Part shown: positions 39,888 through 52,192 of the stretch, in pieces
Layout of the letters: each line of letters starts with the position of its first letter
Numbering within the stretch: position 1 is the stretch's first letter
Assembly (NCBI RefSeq): GCF_018977255.1
Contig: NW_024704742.1
Location: 16,122,001 to 16,186,000, forward strand
DNA length: 64,000 bases
DNA from: Callorhinchus milii
Lineage: Eukaryota
Direction: 5' to 3'
Made by a program: the position numbers and the translations under genes
Notes under the pieces: generated by a model
What the model saw: the letters and a program-made list of their open reading frames with translations, nothing else
Told to the model about the DNA's origin: nothing
Database searches by the model: none

Positions 39888-39978
39888 GAGGGCATGATAT
39901 AAATGCAAGTTGTTATCACACGTAGAGGGCACGATATAAATGCAAGTTGTTATCGCACATATAAATGCAAGTTGTTAT
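39888..39978 (+). repeat. Tandem triplication of an L2-type 3' terminus
   Basis: atataaatgcaagttgttat three times; first unit 37 nt. Confidence 0.8.
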
Positions 39979-40740
39979 TCTTTTTATTGATGTTCACCTT
40001 ACATGGAAATTAACATTGTGGTTGAGGTTGAGGGCCTCTCAACAGGAACTTAATATATTCACAGTCTTTGCCTCTTCACCCTCTCACATTTCTAGTGAAG
40101 AGGCTACAAGTTCAGAGTTTCTTCAGTGCCTCAAATATGTCTAATTCAGCAGATATTACATTCAGGATCTCTGCTTCCTCACTGGAGTCTCAGTTTCATT
40201 ATATTCATAATGGTTTAAAGGTTCTAATTGGAGACTTCTCATTCAATCTAAGGGGTTAACTTGGGATTGGTGATTTCCAAAAGCTGGCAAAATGTGAACA
40301 AAAAGATCAGAAAGCAAAATAAATAACCACAGGGAGATGGCATTTTCTCCCTATAATCAATTTATATTTACTATTATACTTTATTGGTTTGGAGCATTTC
40401 CCATTCCTTTCATAAATATCATAAATTGGATGTCTTTTTAGAAATTGCAATTGGCTCTTTTGCAAATAGAGAAAATTAGATTCCAATGTCTCATATTCAG
40501 TGTATGTGTGTGTGTGTTGTCATGGTAATTACCTTTAACATTGTTGTTCCTCAAGTGCCACATATTCAATAGGCATTATACGTTCAGGTCTCTTTCTCTT
40601 CATTATTTTACATTTATTGGAGAGGAACACACATTCAAGATATTAGCTGAGACGTGTGTACTCAGCTGAAACTAACAGTGAATTTATCATATTATATCCA
40701 ACAGAATTCATATCCAGCAATTTCAAAATATATACTTAGC

Positions 40741-41095
40741 TGTCAACCGGACTTAGTTGGTAACACTCTCACATCTGAGTCAGGAGGTTGTGGCTTCAAG
40801 CCCCACGTCAGGATTGGCACTCCAATGTAGTCCTGGGGGAGCTATCCTTCAGAGTTCAGTCTACCTGTGCAGATGTACATTAAGATTCCATGACACTTCT
40901 TGAAAAGTTAGTTTATCCCAGTGTCCAGGCTAATAATCCCTCAAATAAAATTGTTCATTCACATCATGACTGATTGTGGAAAATTGTGCAAAATTGTCTG
41001 CCATGTTTGCCAACAAAATATTCACTTTACAGTATATTCTATGAAGAGCTTTGAAACATCAACCCAATGCAAATCAAATGCAAGAATTATGATTA
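40741..41095 (+). mobile_element. Older SINE family B
   Basis: tgtcaaccggacttagttggtaacactctcacatctgagtcaggaggttgtggcttcaagcccc head; aatgcaagaattatg tail. Confidence 0.75.
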
Positions 41096-41871
41096 TATTG
41101 TGTGGAATTTCAAGGCTTTGAGGCTTCTCAAGCCAGCTTCTTTCATGCTTGGTAACAACAAGATGAAATTATCACTGTTTGAGGCATTGGGCAGATGGGG
41201 TGGTGGGGGGAGGGGTAGGAAGTGGGTGGAACATTTTCTAGTGATCAGCTGTAGATTTTTCGCCATAGCCTTCACAGTCATGACATCCGAATCAATGGTC
41301 CTAACATAACAATCATCATGCATCAATGACATGCAACACACTAGCAGTTGGCATTCACACTGACATCCACTGTCATTAAGAACTGACCCATAAAGCTAAA
41401 CCAATGTTAAAAAGAACACAGCTACCGGGAGTGATTCCAAGGTTCCAATCTACATTTGAGGCACAAATCATGCTTATAAATTAAACTCCCACAGTTTATG
41501 AAGCCATCTGAACCATTCAATTGGAAATTTTCCTTATTATCCTTGTTTATACATTATTCTACAATTTATTATTAAACATCCCCACCAAAATGTCCAGCGG
41601 TTTCTCGTCCTGTTCATGCTGTAAAAAGCCATTATCAACAATACTGTTCAGCCCTTCGATTTGGTCCCCACGTGAATGAATTATTGCAAAGAATTTAACT
41701 GCTAGAATAGAGAAATGTAAAGCTATAGTGTATCTTTAAAAATAAAACTGTTGGCTTTGCTACACTGTTGAAATAGTGAAGAAATGCCAGCCATTCGTTG
41801 TTAAAAAAGATAAGCAGATAACCCAGTGGTTGCTAATTTGATACTATCTCTATTCAATAAGCATTTAATGC

Positions 41872-42233
41872 TCAAATCCCTCATGTTCAAATCCCTTCAT
41901 TCTCTGGCACCTCCCTACCTCTCTGACCTCCTCACTCCACAATTCACCACCCGGCACCTCTGCTCGACTGGCACTGGCCTTCCGCTCATCCCTTACGCCC
42001 ACCACCTCACCATCGGAGGTCACGCTTTCAGCTACTATGTCCCAAAACTCTGGAACACTCTCCCTTAATCCCTCTGCCTTGCCCCCTCTCTCCCCTTTTT
42101 CAAGTGCTGCCTGAAAACCTTTCTCTTTAACAGTGCTTACAACCACCTCTCCCCACCCCAGGCTCGGAGTCAGGCTCCGACACTATTAAGTGCTCTGAGA
42201 TGCTACCCTGCGTGGAGGGTAAGTTGTTGTTGT
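41872..42233 (+). mobile_element. L2 3' fragment
   Basis: FKSLHSLAPPYLSDLL...IGGHAFSYYVPKLWNTLP; (TTG)n end. Confidence 0.85.
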
Positions 42234-42322
42234 AGTCAGTATGGTCATTTGAGAAAAATTACTTTAGTGTGTTATATCTAATCGAGGTTGTGCACTCTTG
42301 CAACCATGTATATTATTTAGAA

Positions 42323-42430
42323 CAGGGATGACCAACTTGCAGCCCACGGGAACAACATCTTGATCTTAATGCAGGCTGCATTAAGCATTTGTAAAATAGT
42401 CACCCGCAGGCTGCAAGTTGGCCATCTCTG
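42323..42430. mobile_element. 108-bp hAT-type MITE with TIRs and 8-bp TSD
   Basis: CAGGGATGACCAACTTGCAGCC ... GGCTGCAAGTTGGCCATCTCTG inverted termini; flanks ATTTAGAA (42315-42322) and ATTTAGAT (42431-42438). Confidence 0.85.
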
Positions 42431-44039
42431 ATTTAGATAATGAAAGTGTCACAAAATTCAACACTTCCCAGTGTTTCACCAAATGCATGGATTCTTTTTA
42501 AAACTCATGTTTAATAGGAATATTTACTTCTGGCACTGGAAACACGCAAGCAACCTCTGATACAGTCTGCAAGCATGGCATTATAAGCACATTACCTAAA
42601 TTAATTTTGATTCAGCAAGATATGTCCCATGCCAACAGTATCACACAAATCAGGAATGTTTCATTGCATAATTAAGAACTGAATAGTTTATCAAGGCAAA
42701 TAAGAACTCTTCATTCAAAATTTTGGTAGGTTCAAATCATGAAGATGAAACTGTTCACATTTAGTATAAAAATCTAAGAGCCAAATATTAACAATCTATT
42801 AAACTACACACGAGCATGCTTCTGGAGTAAAGGTGGAAAAGTAAAGTGTGTGAGAGTTCCACAGGGAAATCTGAAGCTTCAGCCTAATAGTGTCTGGTGT
42901 CGTTAATAGCCACCAATGAGGATAATCAATAACTTGTACAACACAACACTGTAATGCACTGTAGTCATGAATATCCTACAGATGGTGTACTTTTCTGTGA
43001 AGTGCTTTGCATTGGTAGAATAGGCTGATAGATTTTTTCCCAACAAAATCTTCATCCCAAACAATACACAACAAAATGGAATGAATCAGAAGGTCATTTG
43101 AAGCTTGTGGTTTTGAAGAAAATGCGACAGGCGGCAGAAGGTGGTTTGTTTTTTGAGCTTTGTACATAGACAGAGCCAGGAAGTCTGGCTGCTTATGTTT
43201 ATCCCACCATTAACAGGCTAAGGGGAAAATGAAGGAGGGTAGGAGGGAGAAAGGAAAGGGGGGCTAAGAAAGAAAATGTGAAGGAAACCCAATATTAAAG
43301 CTATATAGTAACTGTCAGCTCCATCTTCATTTGTTCAGTCAAACTGTCAAAACTTTGAGAGGTCACTCATCCAAATCCACTTGAGAACAAAGCTTATTAT
43401 TAAGGATCAGTGATAACAATACATCACATAGTTCACATCTTGTATTAAAAGTCACTGAATCATATTTAAATAATCTGTGAACCATAGAAATGGGCAAAAC
43501 CATATTTTTTGGCAATTGAACACCTATTAACATTGGTGTAATGTATTCCCTTGATGTGTGGTTTTATCAAAATGTAAAATCACTTTGACACTTTGAAACA
43601 ATAATAATTCACTAAATAGCCCTGACCTCTGCAGCATATAAAGAGAAAATGCTTGTGAGCTTCCACAGGCACAGTTAACTTCTGCTGGTTTCAAGACAGT
43701 TGTAACTCCCAAAAACAAATCCGAATATACAACAACACATTACATTTGTATAGTGCCTTTCACATCCAGAGGACATCTCAAGGCACTGGACCACATTCTG
43801 CTATTGTCCAGTACTATCGGAGAATTGACTCTGTGTGAATATGGAAGGTGACAAGCAAGTGGAACCAGCAAATCATACAAGAGCTTAAGTTGTGATAATA
43901 AAAGGGGAAGCACTCTGAAGTTTACTCAAAGCAATCATTGCAAATCATGAGCTAGAATTCCTGTCTGAAGATTCGAACAATGAGGATCACATCTCAAATG
44001 TGACATAGCAATCACTGTCAAGTGTAGTAACTGCATATA

Positions 44040-44290
44040 ATAATGAATAATAATAATCATCTCATTTCGCATCTTTCACAGCAATGTATGACAAACAGCC
44101 ATAAAGTGAATGACCAATTTTATCTGGGGAGTTGTTGGCCAGGACACTTGAAGATATTCACTTCTGTTTATAAAAAGTGCCACGTCCACCTGAATAGGGA
44201 AATGGGACCTTGAATTATTGCGTATCCGAGGGACTAACAACCATAAGCAAACACAGCAGCCATTTTGCACACAGCAAAGTCCAATAAACA
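44040..44290 (-). mobile_element. Rearranged family B SINE fragments
   Basis: Two copies of the cacagcaatgt...caaaca core and tgaccaattttatctggggagttgttggccaggacac. Confidence 0.6.
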
Positions 44291-45599
44291 ATTAGGAATG
44301 CAGAGAGCTTTACTTTGCATCCAGGGCTATTCATCAGCTTGACTTGGGAGACATTCATGCCAATACTGGGTGTGCTGTCTTTTTACCTGTGGAACATGGT
44401 TTCGAATTCAGCTCAGAATAAAGGGTTAAGTATCTCCTCTCTCCCTTTCTCTGCAGGCTATAAGGATGGTATGTAAGATTAGTTCAGAGAGGACTAATAA
44501 TGTACTTCTCATGATAACAAGTGCAAAATAAGAACATGGAAAATATAATGTCCTTCCAGGCTACTCCATGCACTTATTGTTATAGATCAGCCCATTTATT
44601 GCATATAAATAACTGCTTTCCATGTTAAATGAGAAAAGAAAATAACTTCAGGACATATTTTATATGCAGTATTGGTACTGAAGCAGTTAGCCCAGTAAGA
44701 GAACACTGACTCTCTTACTATTGCCAGATTTTGCTATTGCTAGCTTTGCAGTATGCTTGTCTGAGCCTCTACACATGTGCACTATGCACTGGAAATATTG
44801 GTTAAAATAACTATTTCATTGTAAGATACAATTGCACCACATTAACATTTAGTATAGTTTTCTATTGTGACTCATTTAGCCATTAGAAATGTCTACAGAA
44901 TCATGTGGCTCTTAAAATTCATTGAAATGGTAATAAAATACTCTCCTATCTTAATGTCTTTAAAGATGGTGTTACACTTAAATGTCCATATTTTGCCAGG
45001 GGGCACTTAAAGAGCTGGCTTTTTTTCAAAGCTTTATTTCATCTTAGATTTTCTTACGAACTGAGCAGTCTTGTTTCTATAATGTCTGCCAGATGGTAAA
45101 TGTGTTGGTTTTAAGAACAGTACAGCTAAATGCTGTCACCATCCTAACTGGTAACTGAAGAACAAAATACATAGGAGAAGACCATGCTCGATGAGGAAGG
45201 AGGGGATAAAAATTGACTAATTATGATTGTTGTTGTCTGTACATGAAAAGACCTTTATGTCGAAATCTGCCATTTCTTGTTTGGGCTGTCAACACTAATT
45301 TAACTAAGAATATCCCTGCGCATGACCTGCTTTTTCAGGATTCTGAGCTTCATTGTGTATCCCTAAAAGCAACAGCTTAAGCATCTCCATCAGCCTTCAT
45401 TCTGCATTTGCTGCACATTTAAGCAGACCTCTTGGTTGACAGACGTGGTGATTGATTACTCAGTGCATCTAAAATCTTTTAAAAGGTAAGAGAGTTTTCT
45501 TCCTTTGTTTAACTAGTGCCTCCTCCAGCCTCCTCAACCTCATCCCCCATCACAAGGCTCACAACAGCTTTGTGGTGAATGGTCAATTGTTACCAAATT

Positions 45600-46330
45600 C
45601 TAATTGGTTCTGGGTCACTCTCTTTGAAATAACTGGCCGTGCTCTGCTAAACTTTCCAATTAATCCATGACAATTAACATCCTACAAAACCTAGGTACTT
45701 GTCAGAAACACTTTAAGACATGTTGCTTTAAATGCAGACAATTTTGCCTGTTTAAAGTTTGTTTTGTAAGATAATTTTATGCAATTGCATGGACTTCCAC
45801 ACCAATTTTATTCATTTGTGTAACTGTATGTGCACATGTGTGTGAACATACAGAAATTGTGAAATGATCACTACTTCTTTATCCACAAAGTTCTGTGAAT
45901 GTCTGTCATCAATTCTGTCAGGAAACTAACTATGTCAAGTAGAACGCTGGCCACCATAAATACACCCTTTATTAGCAAACTTCATTGTCTGTCATACATG
46001 AGCAATTCAGGAACAAGATAATAATCAATAAATGCCAATACAGCCCTCATACCGGAACTTTGCTCTAACCCTGAAAGGCAGCTCAGCAGTGCAAGACTAC
46101 TTTTTAATCATAATTTCACAAAGAAGTATGAAAATAATTGCATTAAATATAAATTATGCACAAGCTGCTTCATTGACAGTGATGGCTTCACAATTGATTT
46201 ATTAAATTAACAGTGTTTCTTTTGGAAATTATTTTACCTTTATATCAAATGACAGGTTTGCGTTAACTTGTGAAGCTGTATCACAAATGTGCAGTAAGAT
46301 AATTTTCCAGACAGGTTGGTGATATAGTGC
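45600..46330. promoter_or_regulatory. Candidate distal enhancer with Meis/Pbx/Hox site cluster
   Basis: Five TGACAG/CTGTCA sites in ~350 bp (45903, 45915, 45989, 46174, 46250) plus TGATTTAT (46195-46202) in repeat-free sequence. Confidence 0.45.
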
Positions 46331-47278
46331 TAACACCTAAAATCCTGAGCAGCTAGAAGTTGGGTACAAATCCAAGGTGGGCTTTGGAGCCCTTCAGCCT
46401 TTTGTGGTCAATAAAATGAACAAATTATCTTTTAAAAAAATGTAGGGAGGGAATGGAAGATGAAATGAAGAGCTGGTCTGACTCTGAGGAATCATGCCTG
46501 GCAAAGACAACAAGATCTCCAGAAATACAAAGCAAGCTTGGAGACATTTAGATATGCCACCATTGTGGTGCTATCTGGAAAAGTACCACTCTGTGCAGTT
46601 TCCAATTATTTTTTGAATATTTAGTATACACATTATAATCTCTGGAAACACATGGAATTAATACTGGTTAGATGTTCTTTTTGGCACTATATTGCAATTT
46701 AATTTTATATTGTGGACATCTGGTAATAATCTACATGAAATTTCCAAACACTTGACACAAATGTCTTATAGCTGATAAAATTGAGTGTTCCATGGAAAGT
46801 GTAGTATTTCAGTGTAGCCATCTGCTTACAAGCAGCTCCTAATTTCCTTACTGTCATTCAGTGATGACAAAACTTTACATATTTTTGCAGACATCAATAC
46901 ATGCACTAATTCCAGATATAGCCAAAAAGTTACTGAAAACATTTTTTTGGAAATCTTTCGTTTAAAGTGTGATATTTTTAGAATTTGCTCTCCTTCCTGT
47001 CTTTAGATCTTCCCAACGGGCTGCAAATTCTCTCCCAAATGAAACTGTAAATAGGCTCCAAGAAGTTTACAGCAACAGCCTCATCTAACTCCCTCTAATA
47101 TCCCATCCCCACCTTTGCAAATTATCTGTCTTTTGTTTGTTGCTGTCCATGTTGGAACTACATGTGAATAAGCATCTTAAAAGCGGTTAAAATTGAGAAT
47201 GCAATTCAGCTAAGAGGGCCCCCTATCCTTACCGAAGTCTCATACATCAAGAAATAAACAATTAAAATTTCTCATATC

Positions 47279-47312
<34 letters not shown>

Positions 47313-47358
47313 CACAGAAAGAGAGAGAGAGAGAGAGAGAGAGAAACAGAGAGAGAGA
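47279..47358. repeat. Compound (TA)n(GA)n microsatellite
   Basis: Direct reading. Confidence 0.95.
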
Positions 47359-47944
47359 TTGTGCAGATTAATTTTTGAAATAATGCCATTAGAATTTAGT
47401 ATAGTACATTTACAGGATACTTTTTGTAGATGTCTTTTTGACCTAATTGGCACAGAATAATATTTCTATTGTATAAAGTTTGTGTTCTCTCTGGAGAGAC
47501 AGCTGTTCAGTCTGCTTGACCTTCTTTCACACTGACGACTGGGACTCCATTCAAATCATCTCAACTGTCCGAGCTCTCTCTGGAGGCAGTCTATTTTCCA
47601 CTTACCATGCAAGTAACAATATTGGTTACAACTTTAAGTTATTCTTCACTTTTTTCCTGATTGTGGGGGTCTGTGCTCCAAATCGTAATATCTCATCACA
47701 AACAAATGGACAAGGATGGAAACGTCCCATCAATCAGAGATTAACCAATTAAGGTGTTGTTCTGGATATGATTCCTCTCACTGTAAACATTGGCCTGATC
47801 ATGTTGACTGTGTGTGCTCTTTCTTTGCTTCTTGATACTGGCTCATTTTATATAAAAAATAATTAAATACATTTGACATTTTTGTGCTTTTCAAAATGAT
47901 GAGGTTTCAGTGCTGAGAAGTGAAACATTTTCTCATTTCTGGCA

Positions 47945-48295
47945 TCAGTGTCAACTTCAAGCATACCCAGGTCAGTTTTAACAAGGACTAGATATAGAAC
48001 AAAGTTACCTCTATTCTGCCTTAAACAGTCTTCAGAAAAACCTCCACTAAAGCATTAATGTGATTCCTTTTTTCTCAAATTAGCCTTCATTGTAATACAG
48101 TATCTGAATGAGATTCCCCAATTTGTTTTCAATAAGTGACACATTTTGCATAGTTTGGTGCCATCTGTTTATATCCAATAGGAACTGAGGCTTAACTCCT
48201 CATTTTCCTTTCAAGCTGAATTATTGCAATGAGCAGAAATATCAGACTGTTATTCCATGAATCTGGCTTGGATTTCCAGCTAGGGTTGAAAAGAC
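47945..48295 (-). mobile_element. Ancient LF-SINE-like element, degraded
   Basis: cccaggtcag...caaagttacctctattctgcc and tccaataggaactgagg...ctcatttt...ctggcttggatttcc...ttgaaaag follow, in order, the reverse complement of the LF-SINE layout as recalled; unverified. Confidence 0.4.
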
Positions 48296-48739
48296 ACAAT
48301 GTTGTATCTATTGTGGTCTCTCTTATTTTCCCCTATGAAAGAGATCAATAAAAGGCACCACAAGTTGCATAGTGGTAAGAACAACCTTCACTTTGAGTCC
48401 AATATACTGCATATTGCACAAAGTGGCCACAAAACCCAACACAAGGTTAAAATTGCTTTGCAAACCACAACGAGCAGAAACGACAAAACACTTTTTGAAC
48501 TATATTATCCACAGATCATAATTTTCCAGAGATCACAAGTGACATTTGAGGAAATAAAGCTCTTCAATCCATTTTCTTTCATCTGGCAGAAAATTAATCT
48601 TACCTTTTTTTCATTGCTGCATGAGGCTATTTTTAAAATGAGTCCAGCACTCTAACCTCAAACATCCTTCCTGGTAACCCATCCCAGTCAATAATTGCTT
48701 TCTTCGCAAATAAATACTTCATATTTCTGTTCTGAGATT

Positions 48740-49060
48740 GTCATTCACCATCTTGAACCTGTATCTTCTTTTCCTGCTGTCTTGCATATCTGAAAATGTT
48801 GTTCTCCATTTAGTTATCCACCTCTATAAACCCACTTCTGAGATATCACTATTCAAAGGGTCCCACCTAATACCATTTATCCTACCTTTCCTAATGAATA
48901 GCCTCTGCTTCCTTCCCTTCAGTCAATCACTAATCTTACTAATAATATGAAGTGACATCAGTTTGTGGAAATATGTGGTAAAAAGGCCTTTTGGAAATCT
49001 AGGGACACTAAGTCATATGGTTTCCTACAGTCAAATTGAGGCATCACCTTCTCAAAACAA
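48740..49060 (-). mobile_element. Old CR1 ORF2 fragments
   Basis: Minus strand gives YDLVSLDFQKAF-like and GIRWDPLNSD (VGPL-region) sequence paralleling the 7.3-10.4 kb CR1. Confidence 0.55.
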
Positions 49061-49079
49061 AATGATAATACCATGATCT

Positions 49080-49375
49080 ACAACAACAAATTACATTTGT
49101 ATAGCAACCTTCGTGTTGGATAATGTCTTGAGCCCTGCATAGAGATGGTGTCAAATGCCAAGATGGAGCAGGTGACAATAGATACAGTAAAAGAGGCAGT
49201 TTTGTAGGTGGGATTTAAAAAAAGATAGAGGTGGGAGGGTGATACAGAAGACTAGAGGGAAGTAATTCCAATGTATGGGGAGGGGGGTAGTTGCTAAAGT
49301 CTTGGTCACCAACTGATGGTGGGGCAGAGGGGGTGGAAAATATGACCCCAGTTTATTGAGTGTAGTGCGTGAGCA
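49080..49375 (-). mobile_element. Old L2 3' fragment
   Basis: acaacaacaaattacatttgtatagc tail followed by purine-rich ORF2-end sequence. Confidence 0.6.
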
Positions 49376-49685
49376 GAAAATTAGCTTCAGAATTAAGGTT
49401 GTATTTAAGAATTTGTTACATTTTGCATTCTCTGAAATGTTAAGTTAATGTAAATTGCAAGTGAAATTTCTTCCCTGAGGTTTGTGAGATGTCAGCTTAA
49501 CTTATCAATAAAAGGGTGAAGCCAGTATCCCACGAAGCAGCAATCCACTGCTGTGATCTGTGAATCAGAAGTCTAAAACATGGTATAGCCAGCTTCGTAG
49601 AAATGACCACTGAGAAGTGTGTTGGGGGAGGAGGGCTGAGCCAGGCATCTCCATCAAACCCGAGGACCAGTTGATGTGTTAAACA

Positions 49686-50270
49686 TCATAGAACCATAGA
49701 AATCTACAGTGCAAAAGGAGACAATTTAGTCCTCCAGACCACAGCGGCTCATAGAGCAAGAAGGTCAATTCAAATCCATTGCACCACCTTACCCCATTCC
49801 CCTTCAAGTTCCTTTCTTTCATAGGCCTGTCTACTTATCTCTTCAAAGCCACAATGGACTCCATATCCACCCCCTACTGGGCAGAACATTCAACATCCCA
49901 ACTGCTATCTGGGAAAAAAATACTCTGAAATACTTATTTTGCTGTTCTTGTGACTATTTTATAATTATATCACTTAGTTACTGACTCCCTTATCAGTGGA
50001 GATAATTATCCCTATTTACCCTGTCAAAACCCTTCATAATCTCTATCAAGTCCCCCTAAACCTTCTCTGATCCAATGTAAACAGACCCAGCTTCTCCAAT
50101 CTCTCCTCATAACTATAGCCCCCCTAACTACATCCCTGGAATCATTCTCATAAACCTCCTCTGCACCCCCCCTAAGGCCTTACCATCTTTGCTGAAGTGC
50201 AGTGCCCAAAACTTGATGCAATACTCCAGTTGCAGCCAAAGCAATGGCTTGTACATAAGTTCACTAAATT
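49686..50270 (-). mobile_element. CR1 3' fragment
   Basis: MYKPLLWLQLEYCIKFWALHFSKDGKALGGVQRRFMRMIPGM; (CATAGAA.)n terminus at 49686. Confidence 0.85.
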
Positions 50271-50845
50271 GGTTACTACCATTATTTTGATCAAACACCA
50301 CAAAATTCAAATCAGATACATCAAAGGACTCTTGTGAGACATTGAGGAAGGTATGGTGTACTCCAGTTTGAAAATAAAAAGTGAATATATCTAAACTCGC
50401 TATACACATTAATAGTAATACTTTCCTCTCAAATAAAAAGTCACATATTGCTAAAGGATAAAAATATCAATCTTATATTATATCTTTATAACAAGCTTTT
50501 TTATAGAGATGCAACATCTCCATAATGGTAGTAGCAAATTTTAGTGATCAGTGCATGATACATCATTACTTAAATTCTAACCAGGTATGTGGCCACATTT
50601 AGGCACCCCACCTTTGAAAGGGTGTCAAAAGCATGGAGAAATTATGGATGAGATTCATTGGGATGATATCAGAGATAATAGGGTTTGTAAATGAATCTAT
50701 ATGAAAAATATAAAAAAGGTTTGTTGAACTAAACAATATTCCCAAAGGTTTGGTGAACGTTCCATTGAGATCTACAATCTGAGATCTGCAATCATATTCC
50801 AAAACATTCATTTATAATTGTCAATAATTGAAGCACGGCAACAAA

Positions 50846-51164
50846 GAGTCCTGTAGCTCAGTGGTTAGAGCACTCGCTTTGCAAGTGAGAGACCTGAATT
50901 CAATTCCAGGCAGAGGGCGAAACCTTGGGCAAGTTTCCTTACTCCACACGCCTAATAATAATCCCTCCAAAAAAACAAAAGAATAATAAATTGGTCATTT
51001 TCAATCCATCACTGTTGTGGGACATTGCTGTGCGCAATTAGCTGCCGCGTTCGCCCACAAATATCCAGTCAATTCACTTTACAGTATATTCTGTGAAGCG
51101 CTTTGGGACGTCTAGAAGATGTGAAAAGCTCTATATCAAATGCAAGGATTATTATTATTATTAT
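50846..51164 (+). mobile_element. SINE family A, short form, full length
   Basis: gagtcctgtagctcagtggttagagcactcgctttgcaagtgagagacc head to (ATT)n tail. Confidence 0.93.
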
Positions 51165-51834
51165 AAGCTGTACCATTGCTGGCACAAAATGTAATCTCCA
51201 TTAGATCCATGAACGGTCAAAGGGTAACAGGTCAACTTCAGGAAGAGATTATCACAAATTTATTACTGCACATGGAATTTATGCCCATCATTACCATATT
51301 TTTTTAAATCCAGAAACAAAACAAATCTCTCCATAGACTGTGCAAACAACTTTGACCTCAGCTCAACTGTAAATTTCCCTTTATTAAGCATGTAGAGGCA
51401 TTCTTTTATGTGAATGGGTCTTTATAAATGAAAATTGTTGTTACATGGCCGAGGCTGAGCAATATTGCATTGATGCCTTGTCTTGTTGTGGTAGCAGTAG
51501 GGATAATCATGTTGTAGTCAGCAGAGTATAAAGCTTAGAATTACATCTGCAGTTTACTTTGATGAGCTTTGAGTTTGTAAGCCAAAAATCCTTAACTGGT
51601 TGGCTCATCTTTATTGTTAATCACTAAATACTGAATTGGAAAGATCAACATAAGTCCCTTTAAAGCATCAATGTCTGGCCTGAGCTTAGAATGAATGTAC
51701 AGCAGCTTCTAACTGTGAGGACTGCTGATGGTACAATCATAATTAATCTTCTCAGATATAATTCCACATCTAAAAAAATAGTTTTGATTTGTTCCATGTC
51801 AAGTAAAACAGGTTTGAATTAAAATTTATAATGG

Positions 51835-52192
51835 TTATAATCCTTGCATTTGATATAGCACCTTGTCAAGTGATCGAGACGTTTCAAACACTTTCACAGG
51901 ATTTTAATGTGAAGTGTAGTGACTGAGAAGTTGTAGGCAAATACAGAAGCCAATTTATGCACAGCAATACCCCACAAACAGCCATGAAGTAAGTGACCAA
52001 TTTTGTTTGCAGGGATTGTTAGTCAGGCGCTGAATCTAATGCAAGGAATATTATTATTATTTTGTGCAAATTCCTGTTGCGTTTGCTTATAAAATACACA
52101 GTCATTACACTCTACAGTAAATCTTGTGAAGCGCATTGATACATCCTTCAAATATGAAATGCATTATGTCAGTTGCAAGGATTTTTTTTATT
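51835..52192. mobile_element. Two SINE 3' fragments in opposite orientation (minus 51835-52025, plus ~52060-52192)
   Basis: atccttgcatttgatatagcacc... and ...tgtgaagcgcattg...gttgcaaggattt tails. Confidence 0.65.

Noticed and set aside
47262..47453. ORF with SLSLSL repeat
   Set aside because: Translation of the (GA)n microsatellite.
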